From: Candidatus Spongiisociaceae bacterium
GTDB lineage: Bacteria; Actinomycetota; Acidimicrobiia; Spongiisociales; Spongiisociaceae
Assembly: GCA_965262915.1 (NCBI GenBank)
Contig: OZ253564.1
Location: 2,240,001 to 2,304,000 of the forward strand
Reading direction: 5' to 3'
Length of the DNA: 64,000 nt
Below, one piece after another: positions 38,263 to 48,389 of this stretch. Made by a program: the position numbers and the translations under genes. The stretch's first letter is position 1, and each line of letters opens with the position of its first letter. The notes beneath the pieces are model-generated. The model had not been told where the DNA came from. It made no database searches and saw only the letters and a program-made list of their open reading frames with translations.

Positions 38263-38311
38263 GTGTCGGCTATTCAATGGGTGTGGGCTACGGGTTACCG
38301 GCTCCGGGACA

Positions 38312-39711
38312 TCAGAACCGGTCCGGAAGGTCGGAGGACGAACCCTGGCCGGTCAACCTGGGGTCGGCATGCTCCGGCGTCGGTACGGTGGGCGCCTGGT
38401 CGGGAGGATCAGCCATGGAGACCAGCAGGGCGCTGACCACGATCACCTGTGCCACCAGAGCCGTGCAGCCGGCCAGCACCAGTCCGAGGGTCACCGGGAT
38501 GGGCAGCAGGACCGGAATCACCGCGCCCAGGACCCAGGCCAGCTGGAACAGGGTCTCCGAGTGAGTGAAGGTCCGGCCTCGCTCGGCCGGTAGCACGCTG
38601 GCGTGCAGCAGGCCGTCGTAGCCGAACTTGGCCGTACCCCAGGCCAGTCCCGCGACCCCAGGCCAGTGCCAGCGCCGCGGCCGCCCAGACCCCGAACACG
38701 TGGGCACTTATGAAGGCCGCGGCCGCCTCCAGGGCCAGGGCCGCCACCACCATCGGTTCCTCGTGGATCCGGCGGGCGAGGAACTGGGCCAGGTAGGAGG
38801 CCAACCCGAAACCCAGGCCGGCGGCCAACAGGAGCGCTCCGAAGCTGGCCATGCTCTCCTCGGAGCCACGGAACACGAAGGCCACCAGCAGCAGGAGGTA
38901 ACCGTTGAGGAGACGGACGATGGCGGTGGCGATCCGGGCATGACGGACGGCCCGCCGGGAGGCGGGGGAGCGGGGAGGGGCGGCATGCTCGGGGTCGGAA
39001 GGCGTTTCCGTGGCACGCACATCCAGCCGCAGTCCCAGAGCCGCGCTAGCCGACCAGGTGAACACCGCGGCGGCCAGTCCCAGCGCGTAGGTGGTGCCGA
39101 GCAGGCCGATCAGTCCCGCCCCCGCGGGGATGGCCAATCCGCCGGCGATGATCCCCAGCCGCGCCGGGGATGGCCAATCCGCCGGCGATGATCCCCAGCC
39201 GCGCCAGCCGGGCATTGGCCGATACCAGGGCGGCCGACTGGGGCAACGCCGCGGGGAGTATGGAGCTGCGGCTGATCCCGTAGATGCGGGAGAGCACCAG
39301 CATCCCGAAGACGAGCGACAGCAGGACGAACCCGCTGTCCGAGCGGATCATCGCCACCACCAGGACGACCCGCCCCAGCGAGCCGAAGCCCAGGCCCGCC
39401 CGGTGGCTACGCGGGACCCGGTGGAACATGGAGCCGAGAAGGGGTCCGATCAGGGCGAAGGGCGCAAGAGTGAGGAGCAGGAACGCCACCACGTTGCCCC
39501 TTGCCTCGGCCGCCGGCACGGAGAAGAAGAGGGTGTCGGCCAGCGCGAGGGCCACCAGCGTGTCACCGGCCACATTGGTGGCGTGGGAGATGGCCAGGCG
39601 GCGAAAAGCCCAGCCGTGAACCGAGAAGGCGTCCTCTATGCGCCTGCCCACCGCCCGGGTAGCGCGGAAGATCGGCGAATCGTGGCGAGGCGGAGGGGAT
39701 GGCGCGCTCAT
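38312..39711 (-). pseudogene. MFS transporter, split by two frameshifts
   Basis: GDTLVALALADTLFF, TLAPFALIGP, ETLFQLAWVLGA; 40-bp tandem duplication at 39126-39205 and a short duplication near 38636-38667. Confidence 0.85.
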
Positions 39712-39790
39712 CCCGTTAACGTAGCGCTTGGCGCCGGTCTGATAAACGACCCTCTCGGCGCTGTAAGGCAGGCGATCCCGGAATGGTGAC

Positions 39791-40678
39791 ATGAAGGTTC
39801 AACAATTCCAGAAGGTCAAGGATGGTCGAGGGTTCATAGCAGCGCTGGACCAGAGCGGCGGTAGCACCCCCAAAGCACTCGGGGGGTACGGGGTGTCCGA
39901 CGACGCGTACTCGACCAGCGACGAGATGTTCGACCTCATCCACGAGATGAGAACCCGGATAATCACCAGCCCGAGCTTCGGGGGCGACCGGTTGGTCGGA
40001 GCGATCCTGTTCGAGAACACCATGGACCGTCGGATCGACGATCGGAACTCGGCTGCCTACCTCTGGGAGGTGAAGGGGGTCGTGCCGTTCCTCAAGGTCG
40101 ACAAGGGCCTCGAGCCGGAGGCGAAGGGGGTTCAGGTCATGAGGCCGATACCGGGCCTGGAGGCCTTGGTGGCCAAGGGACGCGAGCAAGGGGTGTTCGG
40201 CACCAAGATGCGGTCGGTCATCAAACTGGCCGATCCCGATGGCATCGCAGACATCGTCGAGCAGCAATTCGAAGTGGGAGAACGCATCCTGGCGGTGGGT
40301 CTGATGCCGATCCTGGAACCCGAGATCGACATCAACAGTCCCCAGAAATCCGAGGCGGAGGAATTGCTGAACGAGGCGATTCTCGAGCGACTCGAGTACC
40401 TCGACCATGACACCGGCCTCATGTTCAAACTCACCATCCCCACGCGGGACAATCTCTACCTCGACCTCGTGGAGCACCCGAAGGTGGTGCGGGTGGCGGC
40501 CCTGTCCGGGGGCTATTCGCATGACGAGGCCTGCGAGGGCCTGGCCCGCCAGCGCGGCATGGTGGCAAGCTTCAGCCGGGCACTCGTGGAGGGTCTGAGC
40601 GTCAGCCAGAGCGACGGCGAGTTCGACCGTACCTTGGACCGGTCGGTAGCCAACATATTCGCGGCGTCTTCGACCTGA
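39791..40678 (+). CDS. Fructose-bisphosphate aldolase class I
   Basis: GFIAALDQSGGSTPKAL, AILFENTM, PFLKVDKGL, GTKMRSVI, PILEPE, ALSGGY, ASFSRAL. Confidence 0.96.
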   Translation: MKVQQFQKVKDGRGFIAALDQSGGSTPKALGGYGVSDDAYSTSDEMFDLIHEMRTRIITSPSFGGDRLVGAILFENTMDRRIDDRNSAAYLWEVKGVVPFLKVDKGLEPEAKGVQVMRPIPGLEALVAKGREQGVFGTKMRSVIKLADPDGIADIVEQQFEVGERILAVGLMPILEPEIDINSPQKSEAEELLNEAILERLEYLDHDTGLMFKLTIPTRDNLYLDLVEHPKVVRVAALSGGYSHDEACEGLARQRGMVASFSRALVEGLSVSQSDGEFDRTLDRSVANIFAASST

Positions 40679-40869
40679 TCCGCCGATAGGGGAGCGGACT
40701 CCAACATCCCCCGCGTATTCTCGATACCCGCACCGGCGCCCGGGGATAGGCCGGTTCGAGAGGGGACCCCGTCCGCGCGAACTACTACGCCGGATATGGC
40801 AGTCCGTGGTCTAGGGGTCAAGTGACATCTTGGAGGGCACCACTAGTCCGGTGGCCAACCTCTCCGTGC

Positions 40870-41255
40870 CGGAGCCTATCTGTGCGCATGCCCCGGCGGT
40901 GTACGGCCACGTGGTGGTGCTACCAGCAGAGGGTGGTGAGGTTCTCGGGGTTGTGGTCCCCGCCCTTGGATTGTTCGAGGGATGTGGTGGACATCGAGCC
41001 GGTAGTTGGAGTTGCAGCCGTCGATGGTGCATCCGTCGTCGCGGGCCAATACAGCGCGGCGCAACGCCGGTCGTGCCCCCGACGTTGAGCCATGGAGGGT
41101 GATGTCCTGTCCGGTCACCACCATGGTTTCGGTACGGTCCGAGCAGCGGATCAGGTCGCCGGTGTCGGGTTCTACCCGCGCTGCGGCCACCACCGCGGCG
41201 CCTTGCTTGAAGTCCACCCTCAATGGACCTGCGGGCCCGTCACATCACTCACCAT
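40870..41255 (-). pseudogene. HNH endonuclease (DUF222-type) remnant
   Basis: LRRAVLARDDGCTIDGC...RLDVHHI, then in another frame GDHNPENLTTLCW*HHHVAVH. Confidence 0.8.
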
Positions 41256-41290
41256 CCCTTCTTATTCGATGAGTGTGATACAGTCGAACC

Positions 41291-42409
41291 GTGGCGGGAC
41301 ACAGCGGTTCCGGCGACGCAGGCGGGCTCAGGCAACTCGCCCTGCGTGAGCGTCACGAGACGCTCGGTTCACGCTTTTCACCCTTTGCCGGCTGGGAGAT
41401 GCCGCTCCAGTACCGGGGCATCATCGCGGAGCACTGTGCCGTTCGCGATAGCGTGGGAGTCTTCGATGTCTCGCACCTCGGGCGTACCTGGGTCGAGAGG
41501 CCGCATGCAGCGCCGCTCCTGCGCTCGGTGACCACCTACGATGTCACCGCGCTGCCGGTGGGCAAGGCTCACTACTCGCTCTACTGCAACGAGAACGGAG
41601 GCATCGAGGACGATGTCTTCATCTATCACCTGCCCGGTGACCGGTGGCTGGTGGTCCACAACGCCTCCAATGCGGAGCAGGACTTCGAACGCCTGCGCGC
41701 CGTCGTCGGCAGGGACGCGTCCGAGATAACGCAGGAAACGGTGATGCTGGCCGTACAAGGCCCGGACGCGATTGCCCTGCTCGGCAGCGTGCTCGGTGAC
41801 GGTCTGGCGGCCTTCGGGCCGCGCGAATGCGGGGAATTGCACTGGCGCGGTACGTCTGTGCTCTTCGCTCGCACCGGTTACACCGGCGAGGACGGAGGCG
41901 AGTGCATCGTCGGGGCCGACCACGCCGCGGCGCTGTGGGACGCTCTCATCGAGGGCGGTGCGACACCCGCCGGCCTCGGCGCGCGAGATACGCTTCGCAT
42001 GGAGGCGGCGCTCCCGCTGTACGGCAACGACATCGACGAGACCACAAATCCCTACGAGGCCGGCCTCGGCTTCGCCGTCAGCCTCGACGACGGGGTGCCC
42101 TTCACGGGACGGGAGGCGCTCGCCGAGGCGAAGGCGCGCTCCCGTACGCGGCGGCTCGCCCACCTCGCGGCTCGCGATCGGGGCGTGCTGAGGGCTGGCT
42201 ATGCGGTGTACGCGTCAGATGGTGGGGAACCCGTTGCACGACTCACCAGCGGGGCCTTCAGTCCCAGCTTGCGCCTTGGCATCGGTATGGCCTACCTTCC
42301 CGTCCGGCTTGCGAACGCCGGCGTCATGCTCGAGGTCGATGTACGCGGCCGCGCGCTGCCGGTCGAGGTCGTGCGGCGCCCGTTCTACCGAAAGCCGAGG
42401 CAATCATGA
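41291..42409 (+). CDS. gcvT: Glycine cleavage system aminomethyltransferase T
   Basis: FAGWEMPLQY, VFDVSHLG, ARTGYTGEDG, GLGARDTLRMEA, TSG.FSPSL. Confidence 0.97.
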   Translation: MAGHSGSGDAGGLRQLALRERHETLGSRFSPFAGWEMPLQYRGIIAEHCAVRDSVGVFDVSHLGRTWVERPHAAPLLRSVTTYDVTALPVGKAHYSLYCNENGGIEDDVFIYHLPGDRWLVVHNASNAEQDFERLRAVVGRDASEITQETVMLAVQGPDAIALLGSVLGDGLAAFGPRECGELHWRGTSVLFARTGYTGEDGGECIVGADHAAALWDALIEGGATPAGLGARDTLRMEAALPLYGNDIDETTNPYEAGLGFAVSLDDGVPFTGREALAEAKARSRTRRLAHLAARDRGVLRAGYAVYASDGGEPVARLTSGAFSPSLRLGIGMAYLPVRLANAGVMLEVDVRGRALPVEVVRRPFYRKPRQS

Positions 42410-42810
42410 AGATGGACTACGAGATCCCCGCAGATCTCCTGTACACGAGCACCCACGAGTGGTTGCGCCATGACGGGGAGAACCCGGACGAGGTCACGAT
42501 CGGCATCACGGACTTCGCCCAGGACGAGGTAGGGGACGTGGTCTACCTCGATCTTCCCGCCGAGGGAGCAGAGATAACCGCCGGCGAGCCTTGCGCCGAG
42601 ATCGAATCGACCAAGACCGTCGGCGAACTTTACGCCCCGGTCAGCGGCGTGGTGATCGCGGCCAACGGGGATCTTGAAGACCAGCCGGAACTGGTCAATG
42701 CCTCACCCTACGATCGGGGCTGGATGATCCGTGTGCGCGTCGCCGGCGAGGCAGAGCTCGAGGGCCTGCTCGACGCGGCCGCGTATCGAGCAATGCTCCA
42801 GGGGAGTTGA
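42406..42810 (+). CDS. gcvH: Glycine cleavage system H protein
   Basis: YTSTHEW, IGITDFAQDEVGDVVY, lipoyl site IESTKTV, VNASPYDRGW. Confidence 0.97.
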   Translation: MKMDYEIPADLLYTSTHEWLRHDGENPDEVTIGITDFAQDEVGDVVYLDLPAEGAEITAGEPCAEIESTKTVGELYAPVSGVVIAANGDLEDQPELVNASPYDRGWMIRVRVAGEAELEGLLDAAAYRAMLQGS

Positions 42811-42813
42811 GGT

Positions 42814-44184
42814 TTGGCATCCTCGTCGCCCACCAGGTCGTCCCATCCGTACATCCCGGCTACCGAGGCTGATCGCGCCCGGATGCTCGAGAGGGTGGGC
42901 GTCGCTGACATCGACGCGCTGTTCTCCGACCTTCCTGAGGCCCTGCGCGATCCGGCAATCGACCTGCCGCATGCACTCACCGAGCCGGAGCTGATCGCGC
43001 TGCTGGAGGAACGCGCCGGCGTGAACGTGTCTCCCTCGCGGCCTAACTTCCTCGGCGCGGGCGCCTACCGCCGCTTCATCCCTGCGATCGCCGGTCACCT
43101 GGCAGGGCGGTCCGAGTTCGTCACCTCCTACACGCCTTACCAGCCCGAGATCAGCCAGGGCACGCTGCAATCCGCGTTCGAGTACCAGTCGGTCGTCTGC
43201 GAGCTGACCGGGATGGACGTGTCGAACACCGGCCACTACGACGTGGCCAGCGCCACTGCCGAGGCATGCCTCCTGGCGACGCGCGTGACGAGGCGCAAAG
43301 CGGTCGCGCTCCTCGAACCGATCCACCCCGGAACCGCCGACGTGGTCCGTACCTACGCCCGTGGCGCCGGGCTACGCGTCGATACCGTGTTCTCGGCGGA
43401 TGCGACGAGCACGGAGCACGCATGCCTCGTCGTCCAGCAGCCGGACTTCCTGGGCGTTATCGCCGACCTCGAACCGCCCGCCGCGGCTGCGCATTGTGCC
43501 GGGGCGCTGTTGGTGACGGTGGCCGATCCGTTCGCGCTGGGGCTATTGCGCGCACCGGGCGACGCGGGCGCCGACATCGTCACCGGTGAGGGCCGCGATC
43601 TGGCGGGCTCGCCCAGCTTCGGTGGGCCGTCCCTCGGGCTGTTCGCGGCGCGCAACAAGCACCTACGGCAGATGCCGGGCCGCATCGTCGGCCGCACCAA
43701 GGAGCGCCACGCCCCACCGGATGGCGACGGCCGACCACGCACCGGATACGTGCTCACCCTGCAGGCCCGCGAGCAGTTCATCCGGCGGGAGCGGGCGACC
43801 TCGAACGTCTCGACGGCACAGTCGCTGATCGCCCTCGCTTTCACCATCACCATGCAGGCTCTCGGGCCCCTCGGTCTGCGCGAGGCCACCGAGCTCTGCT
43901 ACCAGCGCGCCCACGACGCCGCGGCGCGCATCGCCGCGCTCCCCGGCTACGAGACGCCGGAGCGCGGGCCGTGGTTCCAGGAGTTCCTCGTGCGCGGCCC
44001 GGTCCCTGCTGCGCATCTCGCCGCTCAACTCGCGGAGCGGGGCATCGTAGCCGGCCTCGACGTCTCGGGACGGCCGGAGCCCGAGGCACGCGATGCGCTG
44101 CTGTTCGCGGTAACCGAGGCAACACCCGACGCGCACGTCGACGCGCTGGTCGGGGCGTTGGGGGAGATAGGGGGCGACGCGTGA
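42814..44184 (+). CDS. gcvPA: Glycine dehydrogenase subunit 1
   Basis: FLGAGAY, SEFVTSYTPYQPEISQGTLQ..FEYQ, RQMPGRIVG, LTLQAREQFIRRERATSN. Confidence 0.96.
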   Translation: MASSSPTRSSHPYIPATEADRARMLERVGVADIDALFSDLPEALRDPAIDLPHALTEPELIALLEERAGVNVSPSRPNFLGAGAYRRFIPAIAGHLAGRSEFVTSYTPYQPEISQGTLQSAFEYQSVVCELTGMDVSNTGHYDVASATAEACLLATRVTRRKAVALLEPIHPGTADVVRTYARGAGLRVDTVFSADATSTEHACLVVQQPDFLGVIADLEPPAAAAHCAGALLVTVADPFALGLLRAPGDAGADIVTGEGRDLAGSPSFGGPSLGLFAARNKHLRQMPGRIVGRTKERHAPPDGDGRPRTGYVLTLQAREQFIRRERATSNVSTAQSLIALAFTITMQALGPLGLREATELCYQRAHDAAARIAALPGYETPERGPWFQEFLVRGPVPAAHLAAQLAERGIVAGLDVSGRPEPEARDALLFAVTEATPDAHVDALVGALGEIGGDA

Positions 44185-45656
44185 GCGGGCCGGGACCGAG
44201 CGCCGGGGATTTCGGTGCACGCCTCAGCTTCGACCGCGGCGCACCTGGCCGCCGGGCCGTCGACGTGCCCTCTTGGACCGGGGGAGAGACGCCGCTGCCG
44301 GATGCCCACCTGCTGCGGGACTCGGTGCGGCTGCCGGAGCTGAGCCAGAGTGAACTCGTGCGCTACTACACGGAACTCTCCGCGCGGAACTACGGCATCG
44401 ACTCCGGCACCTACCCGCTCGGCTCCTGCACCATGAAGTACAACCCGAAGGTTAACGATCTGGTGGCGTCGCTGCCGGGGTTGGCGAAAGCGCATCCGCA
44501 GGCCCCGGCGGAGGAGGTGCAAGGCACGCTGCGCACCCTGCTGGAGTTGCGCCGCGGCCTGGCCGAACTCACCGGCCTGCCGGCGGTCAGCCTCGCTCCC
44601 GCGGCCGGTGCGCAGGGCGAGCTGGCCGGCGTGCTCATGATCACGCGGGCCCTCGAGGATCGCGGAGAGATCCAGAAGCGCCGCCGTATCCTCGTTCCGG
44701 ACTCGGCGCACGGCACCAACCCGGCCACCGCTGCCATGGCCGGCTACAAGGTCACGCAGATCCCGACCGCCGCCGACGGCTCCCTCGATCGGGCCACCAT
44801 CGAGCGTGAGCTGGACCACACAGTCGCAGGGGTCATGGTCACCGTGCCGAATACCCTCGGTCTTTGGGAGAGCGGCATCGAGGAGGTCGCGCACCTGATC
44901 CACGAAGCCGGCGCCTACCTGTACGGCGACGGTGCCAACTTCAACGCCATCATGGGCCGGGTGCGTTTCGGCGACCTCGGTTTCGATGTCGTGCACCTAA
45001 ACCTCCACAAGAGCTTCAGCACGCCGCACGGAGGGGGCGGCCCGGGCGCAGGGCCTGTATGCTGCAGCGAGGAACTGGCCCCGTACCTGCCGACGCCGGT
45101 GGTGGAGGAGTGCGAGGATGGCTTGGTGCGCTTCGCCGTTCCCGAGCGCAGCATCGGCCGGACCCAGCAGTTCCACGGCAACGCCGGCGTCCTGATCCGT
45201 GCCTACGCGTACATGCGGGCGCTCGGCCTCGACGGCTTGCGCGCCGCCTCCGGCCAAGCCGTACTCAACGCCAACTACGTGCGCGCCCTGCTGCACGGCT
45301 ACTTCGACCTGCCCTACGACCGTCCGGTGTTGCACGAGGTCGTCTTCTCGGGCTCGCGCCAGCGCCGCCTCCACGGCGTACCCACCTACGACATGGCGAA
45401 GCGGCTCATCGACCACGGCTTCCACCCGCCGACGGTCTACTTCCCGCTGATCGTCGAAGAGGCGCTGATGATCGAGCCAACCGAGACGGAGCCACCCGAG
45501 GCGATCGAGGCTCTCGCCGAGGCGATGATCGCGGTTGTGGAGGAGGCCGAACGCGATCCCGACATGCTGCACGGCGCCCCCTGGACCGCCCCCATCGGAC
45601 GTCTCGACGAGGCGACCGCCGCCCGCCGGCCGGTGCTGCGCTGGAAGGACGGGTGA
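44181..45656 (+). CDS. gcvPB: Glycine dehydrogenase subunit 2
   Basis: YPLGSCTMKYNPK, PDSAHGTNPA, HLNLHKSFSTPHGGGGPG, GFHPPTVYFPL, MIEPTETE; GTG overlaps the gcvPA stop. Confidence 0.97.
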   Translation: MSGPGPSAGDFGARLSFDRGAPGRRAVDVPSWTGGETPLPDAHLLRDSVRLPELSQSELVRYYTELSARNYGIDSGTYPLGSCTMKYNPKVNDLVASLPGLAKAHPQAPAEEVQGTLRTLLELRRGLAELTGLPAVSLAPAAGAQGELAGVLMITRALEDRGEIQKRRRILVPDSAHGTNPATAAMAGYKVTQIPTAADGSLDRATIERELDHTVAGVMVTVPNTLGLWESGIEEVAHLIHEAGAYLYGDGANFNAIMGRVRFGDLGFDVVHLNLHKSFSTPHGGGGPGAGPVCCSEELAPYLPTPVVEECEDGLVRFAVPERSIGRTQQFHGNAGVLIRAYAYMRALGLDGLRAASGQAVLNANYVRALLHGYFDLPYDRPVLHEVVFSGSRQRRLHGVPTYDMAKRLIDHGFHPPTVYFPLIVEEALMIEPTETEPPEAIEALAEAMIAVVEEAERDPDMLHGAPWTAPIGRLDEATAARRPVLRWKDG

Positions 45657-45910
45657 AGGGGAGAGGTGGACGCTTGCTGTGCCCGAGCGCGTGGGCGAGG
45701 GGCGGGCAAGGAAGTGGAGGGATAGGGGAGTAGCACGCTGGTGGCCTCTCCCAAGAAGCTCGTGGACCTTCAGAGCCAGGGCAAGATGCGAAGACCACCA
45801 CCGGCTACTGGGGGATCTCGATCATTTCGAGAGGGTGTTGCATGTCACGGCGTGGGGGTGCGGAGTCACAGGGGAAGCTCGATCCGCCTGCCAAAGATGG
45901 CATCAGGACT

Positions 45911-45933
45911 AGACTAAGTCTTACAGACTAAGT
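45911..45933. promoter_or_regulatory. Probable vapBC autorepression operator
   Basis: Palindrome AGACTAAGTCT plus a repeated AGACTAAGT just before the antitoxin ATG. Confidence 0.5.
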
Positions 45934-45944
45934 TCGGAGTCGCT

Positions 45945-46190
45945 ATGCGTGTCGTCAATATGCATGAAGCCAAGACCCACCTTTCGCGTCTCGTGGCGGC
46001 TGCTGCCGATGGCGAACCGTTCATCATCGGACGTGCCGGCAAGCCGCTGGTCAAGGTCATTGCGGTCGAAGCCCCGGAACCCGGCGGAAAGCGCCGGCTC
46101 GGGTTCATGGCGGGCCGTATGTCGGTTCCCGACGACTTTGAGCGTATGGGTTCCGAGGAGATCGCGACCATGTTCGACGGTGAGACGTGA
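45945..46190 (+). CDS. Phd/YefM family antitoxin
   Basis: VNMHEAKTHLSRLV...GEPFIIGRAGKPLVKV. Confidence 0.95.
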   Translation: MRVVNMHEAKTHLSRLVAAAADGEPFIIGRAGKPLVKVIAVEAPEPGGKRRLGFMAGRMSVPDDFERMGSEEIATMFDGET

Positions 46191-46573
46191 GCATTCTCCT
46201 CGATACGCATGTCCTGCTCCGGGCTGCCGGCGCGCCGGACCGGTTACCCGAGGAGACGCGTGCTCTGATCGAGGACCCGGCAACGGAAGTGGTCTTCAGC
46301 GTCGCGTCGCTCTGGGAGATCGCGATCAAGAGCGGATTGGGACGCCATGACTTCGATGTCGACCCGCGCGTGCTGCGGAGGGGTTTGCTGGAGAATGATT
46401 ATACGGAGTTGCCTGTAAGCGGAGTTCACGCGGTCGCGGTGGACTTGCTCCCACCGATCCACAAGGATCCCTTCGACCGCATGCTGATCGCTCAGGCCCA
46501 GATCGAGGGAATCATGCTCTTGACAGCGGACAAGACCGTCGGCCGCTACCAAGGTCCGATTCAGGTCCTGTAG
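46187..46573 (+). CDS. VapC/PIN domain toxin
   Basis: ILLDTHVLL, SVASLWEIAIK, HKDPFDRMLIAQA, LLTAD. Confidence 0.95.
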   Translation: MSILLDTHVLLRAAGAPDRLPEETRALIEDPATEVVFSVASLWEIAIKSGLGRHDFDVDPRVLRRGLLENDYTELPVSGVHAVAVDLLPPIHKDPFDRMLIAQAQIEGIMLLTADKTVGRYQGPIQVL

Positions 46574-46696
46574 CCAGGCAGTCCGCCCGTTTCGGGGTGC
46601 GCCTCCCTAGATCGGTTGGGCACCGTTGTCGGTAGTAGGCAGATGTCAATGCCCCACGACAGCGTTCGTATATCACATTCACTATGGCGAGGCGGC

Positions 46697-47335
46697 TCAT
46701 CGACCGTCCGGCCGGCGGGTGCGCTCGGCTGTGGCTGGTTGGTGGTCGGCGCAGTCGACTTGTAGCTCGGTGTCGTGCAGTGTCTTGTTGAGCAGGAGGC
46801 AGTGGGCGGGCGACCTGTTCCGGGTGGGTTGGTAGTGGTGGCAGGTGAGGCAGCTGCGGTTGATGCTGATGACGCCCGCAGCTTGGAGCCGAGCGATCTC
46901 TGCGAGCAACAGCCGTAGCGTCGGGCCGCGGGCTTCGGCGGACTCGACGCCGGTGGTGAGCAGGGGCGAGAGCCGAGTGGTGATGTCGGCGGCTATGTCG
47001 GCTCCGGCAGGGCTGAGGGAGACGAGCGTGCTGCGGCGGTCGCTGGGGTCGCGTCGGCGGATAACTAGACCGTGCTGGTCGAGTGTGGCTAGGGCGTCGC
47101 TCGCTGTGGGCTGGGAGATGTGGAGTTCCGCTGCGAGGTCGCCGACCCGACGCTTCCGGTTGTCGGCGAGGGTTTCGAGGATGCTGACGCCGAGTGTGGA
47201 GAGGTGGTAGCGGGTGGCGAGATACTGGCGGGCGGCGCGTAGGGCACGGCCGAGCCGTTCGACCGCGGCGAACAGCTTGCGGTCGAGGTCGCAGGTGCCG
47301 GCTAGGGATTGGATTTCGGGGTTGGGACGGGACAT
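46697..47335 (-). CDS. MarR family regulator with a Cys-rich C-terminus
   Basis: VGDLAAELHISQPTASDALATL...DPSDRRS; C-terminal CLTCHHY...HCLLL...VDCADH. Confidence 0.9.
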   Translation of the reverse strand: MSRPNPEIQSLAGTCDLDRKLFAAVERLGRALRAARQYLATRYHLSTLGVSILETLADNRKRRVGDLAAELHISQPTASDALATLDQHGLVIRRRDPSDRRSTLVSLSPAGADIAADITTRLSPLLTTGVESAEARGPTLRLLLAEIARLQAAGVISINRSCLTCHHYQPTRNRSPAHCLLLNKTLHDTELQVDCADHQPATAERTRRPDGR

Positions 47336-47841
47336 CCGATGTGGGGATCGCAGTCGGCCGCTGGCTGGGGGTGGGGTTCGTCAATGAGGCGGGCGAGGGT
47401 GGCACCGACGATGAGGTCGTCGATCTGGCCGAACCGGTTAAGACGGATACGTCCCGCCCGGTCGATGACAACCAGGCTCGGGGTGCCCCGCAACTGGAAC
47501 CGGCCCATGGTGATCGGCAGCGCGACCCCGGCGTCGTGGGAGTCGACACCGACCGGGAAGGTGATGCTGTACTCGTACAGGAACGCTTCGAGTGAGACTG
47601 GGGGCATCGCGTCGTGGTGTTCAAACACGCTGTGGAGCCCGAGCAGGGCGATGGCGTCGCCGAAGACGTGTTGGATACGCTTAGCCTGTGGCAGTCCGTG
47701 GGAGACGCAACCCGGACAGAGCATCTGGAACGCCTCGATCACCACAACCTCGCCCCTGAGATCGGCCAAAGTCGGATTGTCGGCAGTATTGAACCAACGG
47801 GTGATCGCCAGTTCAGGAGCAGCAGGGTACGCCGACTGCAT
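47302..47841 (-). CDS. Redoxin/thioredoxin-like protein
   Basis: GEVVVIEAFQMLCPGCVSHGLPQA, GLHSVFEHH, FPVGVD, GTPS. Confidence 0.9.
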   Translation of the reverse strand: MQSAYPAAPELAITRWFNTADNPTLADLRGEVVVIEAFQMLCPGCVSHGLPQAKRIQHVFGDAIALLGLHSVFEHHDAMPPVSLEAFLYEYSITFPVGVDSHDAGVALPITMGRFQLRGTPSLVVIDRAGRIRLNRFGQIDDLIVGATLARLIDEPHPQPAADCDPHIGCPVPTPKSNP

Positions 47842-47935
47842 GCTCACCGGCGGTTGCGCTCCCGCCAAGGGCCACAAGGTGGGGGAAGGTGCCGGATAGG
47901 CGGGGTGATAACAGTTCGAGCGTCCATGGGTTCCT

Positions 47936-47965
47936 ATTATATAGGAACCCTATATATCTGGTCAA
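47936..47965 (-). promoter_or_regulatory. Promoter with an overlapping inverted-repeat operator
   Basis: Minus-strand TTGACC-N18-TATAAT; TATATAGG-N3-CCTATATA palindrome (47938-47956), a plausible MarR site. Confidence 0.65.
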
Positions 47966-48389
47966 CACAATGCGCCCACGAAACGATGAGTGGGAGACTG
48001 CGATGCTAAGGCACAGGCGCAGGATCGAAATGACCTTCCTGTGAGTATCTACGTGGCGGGGCCTTGGGGATGGTGGAAGATGGGACTCGGGCAGCTACGT
48101 CGACACACGAACCTTCCCCAACTGCTTCCGGTCGACGGCTGCACTGCCCGGCAGACTGCAACGAGATTCCGCTCGGCGTACTAGTCGAAGGTCGATCCCG
48201 TTGTCCACCATCTCATCCAACCCATTGCGCGCGCTGTTGGCTGACTCAGCCGGCGGCCGATTGGACTGTCCCTGTTTCTCGGAGACTCTGGGACATCACC
48301 GCAACGTCCACCAAAGGTGGGCCAACGTCAAGGGCGGATGATCCCCGCGGCCGCGAGGGCGATTAGGGTTGCCCGGTCCCTTCCGCCCG

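Noticed and set aside
41223-41290. Glycine riboswitch upstream of gcvT
   Set aside because: No aptamer motifs seen; the region is occupied by an HNH remnant
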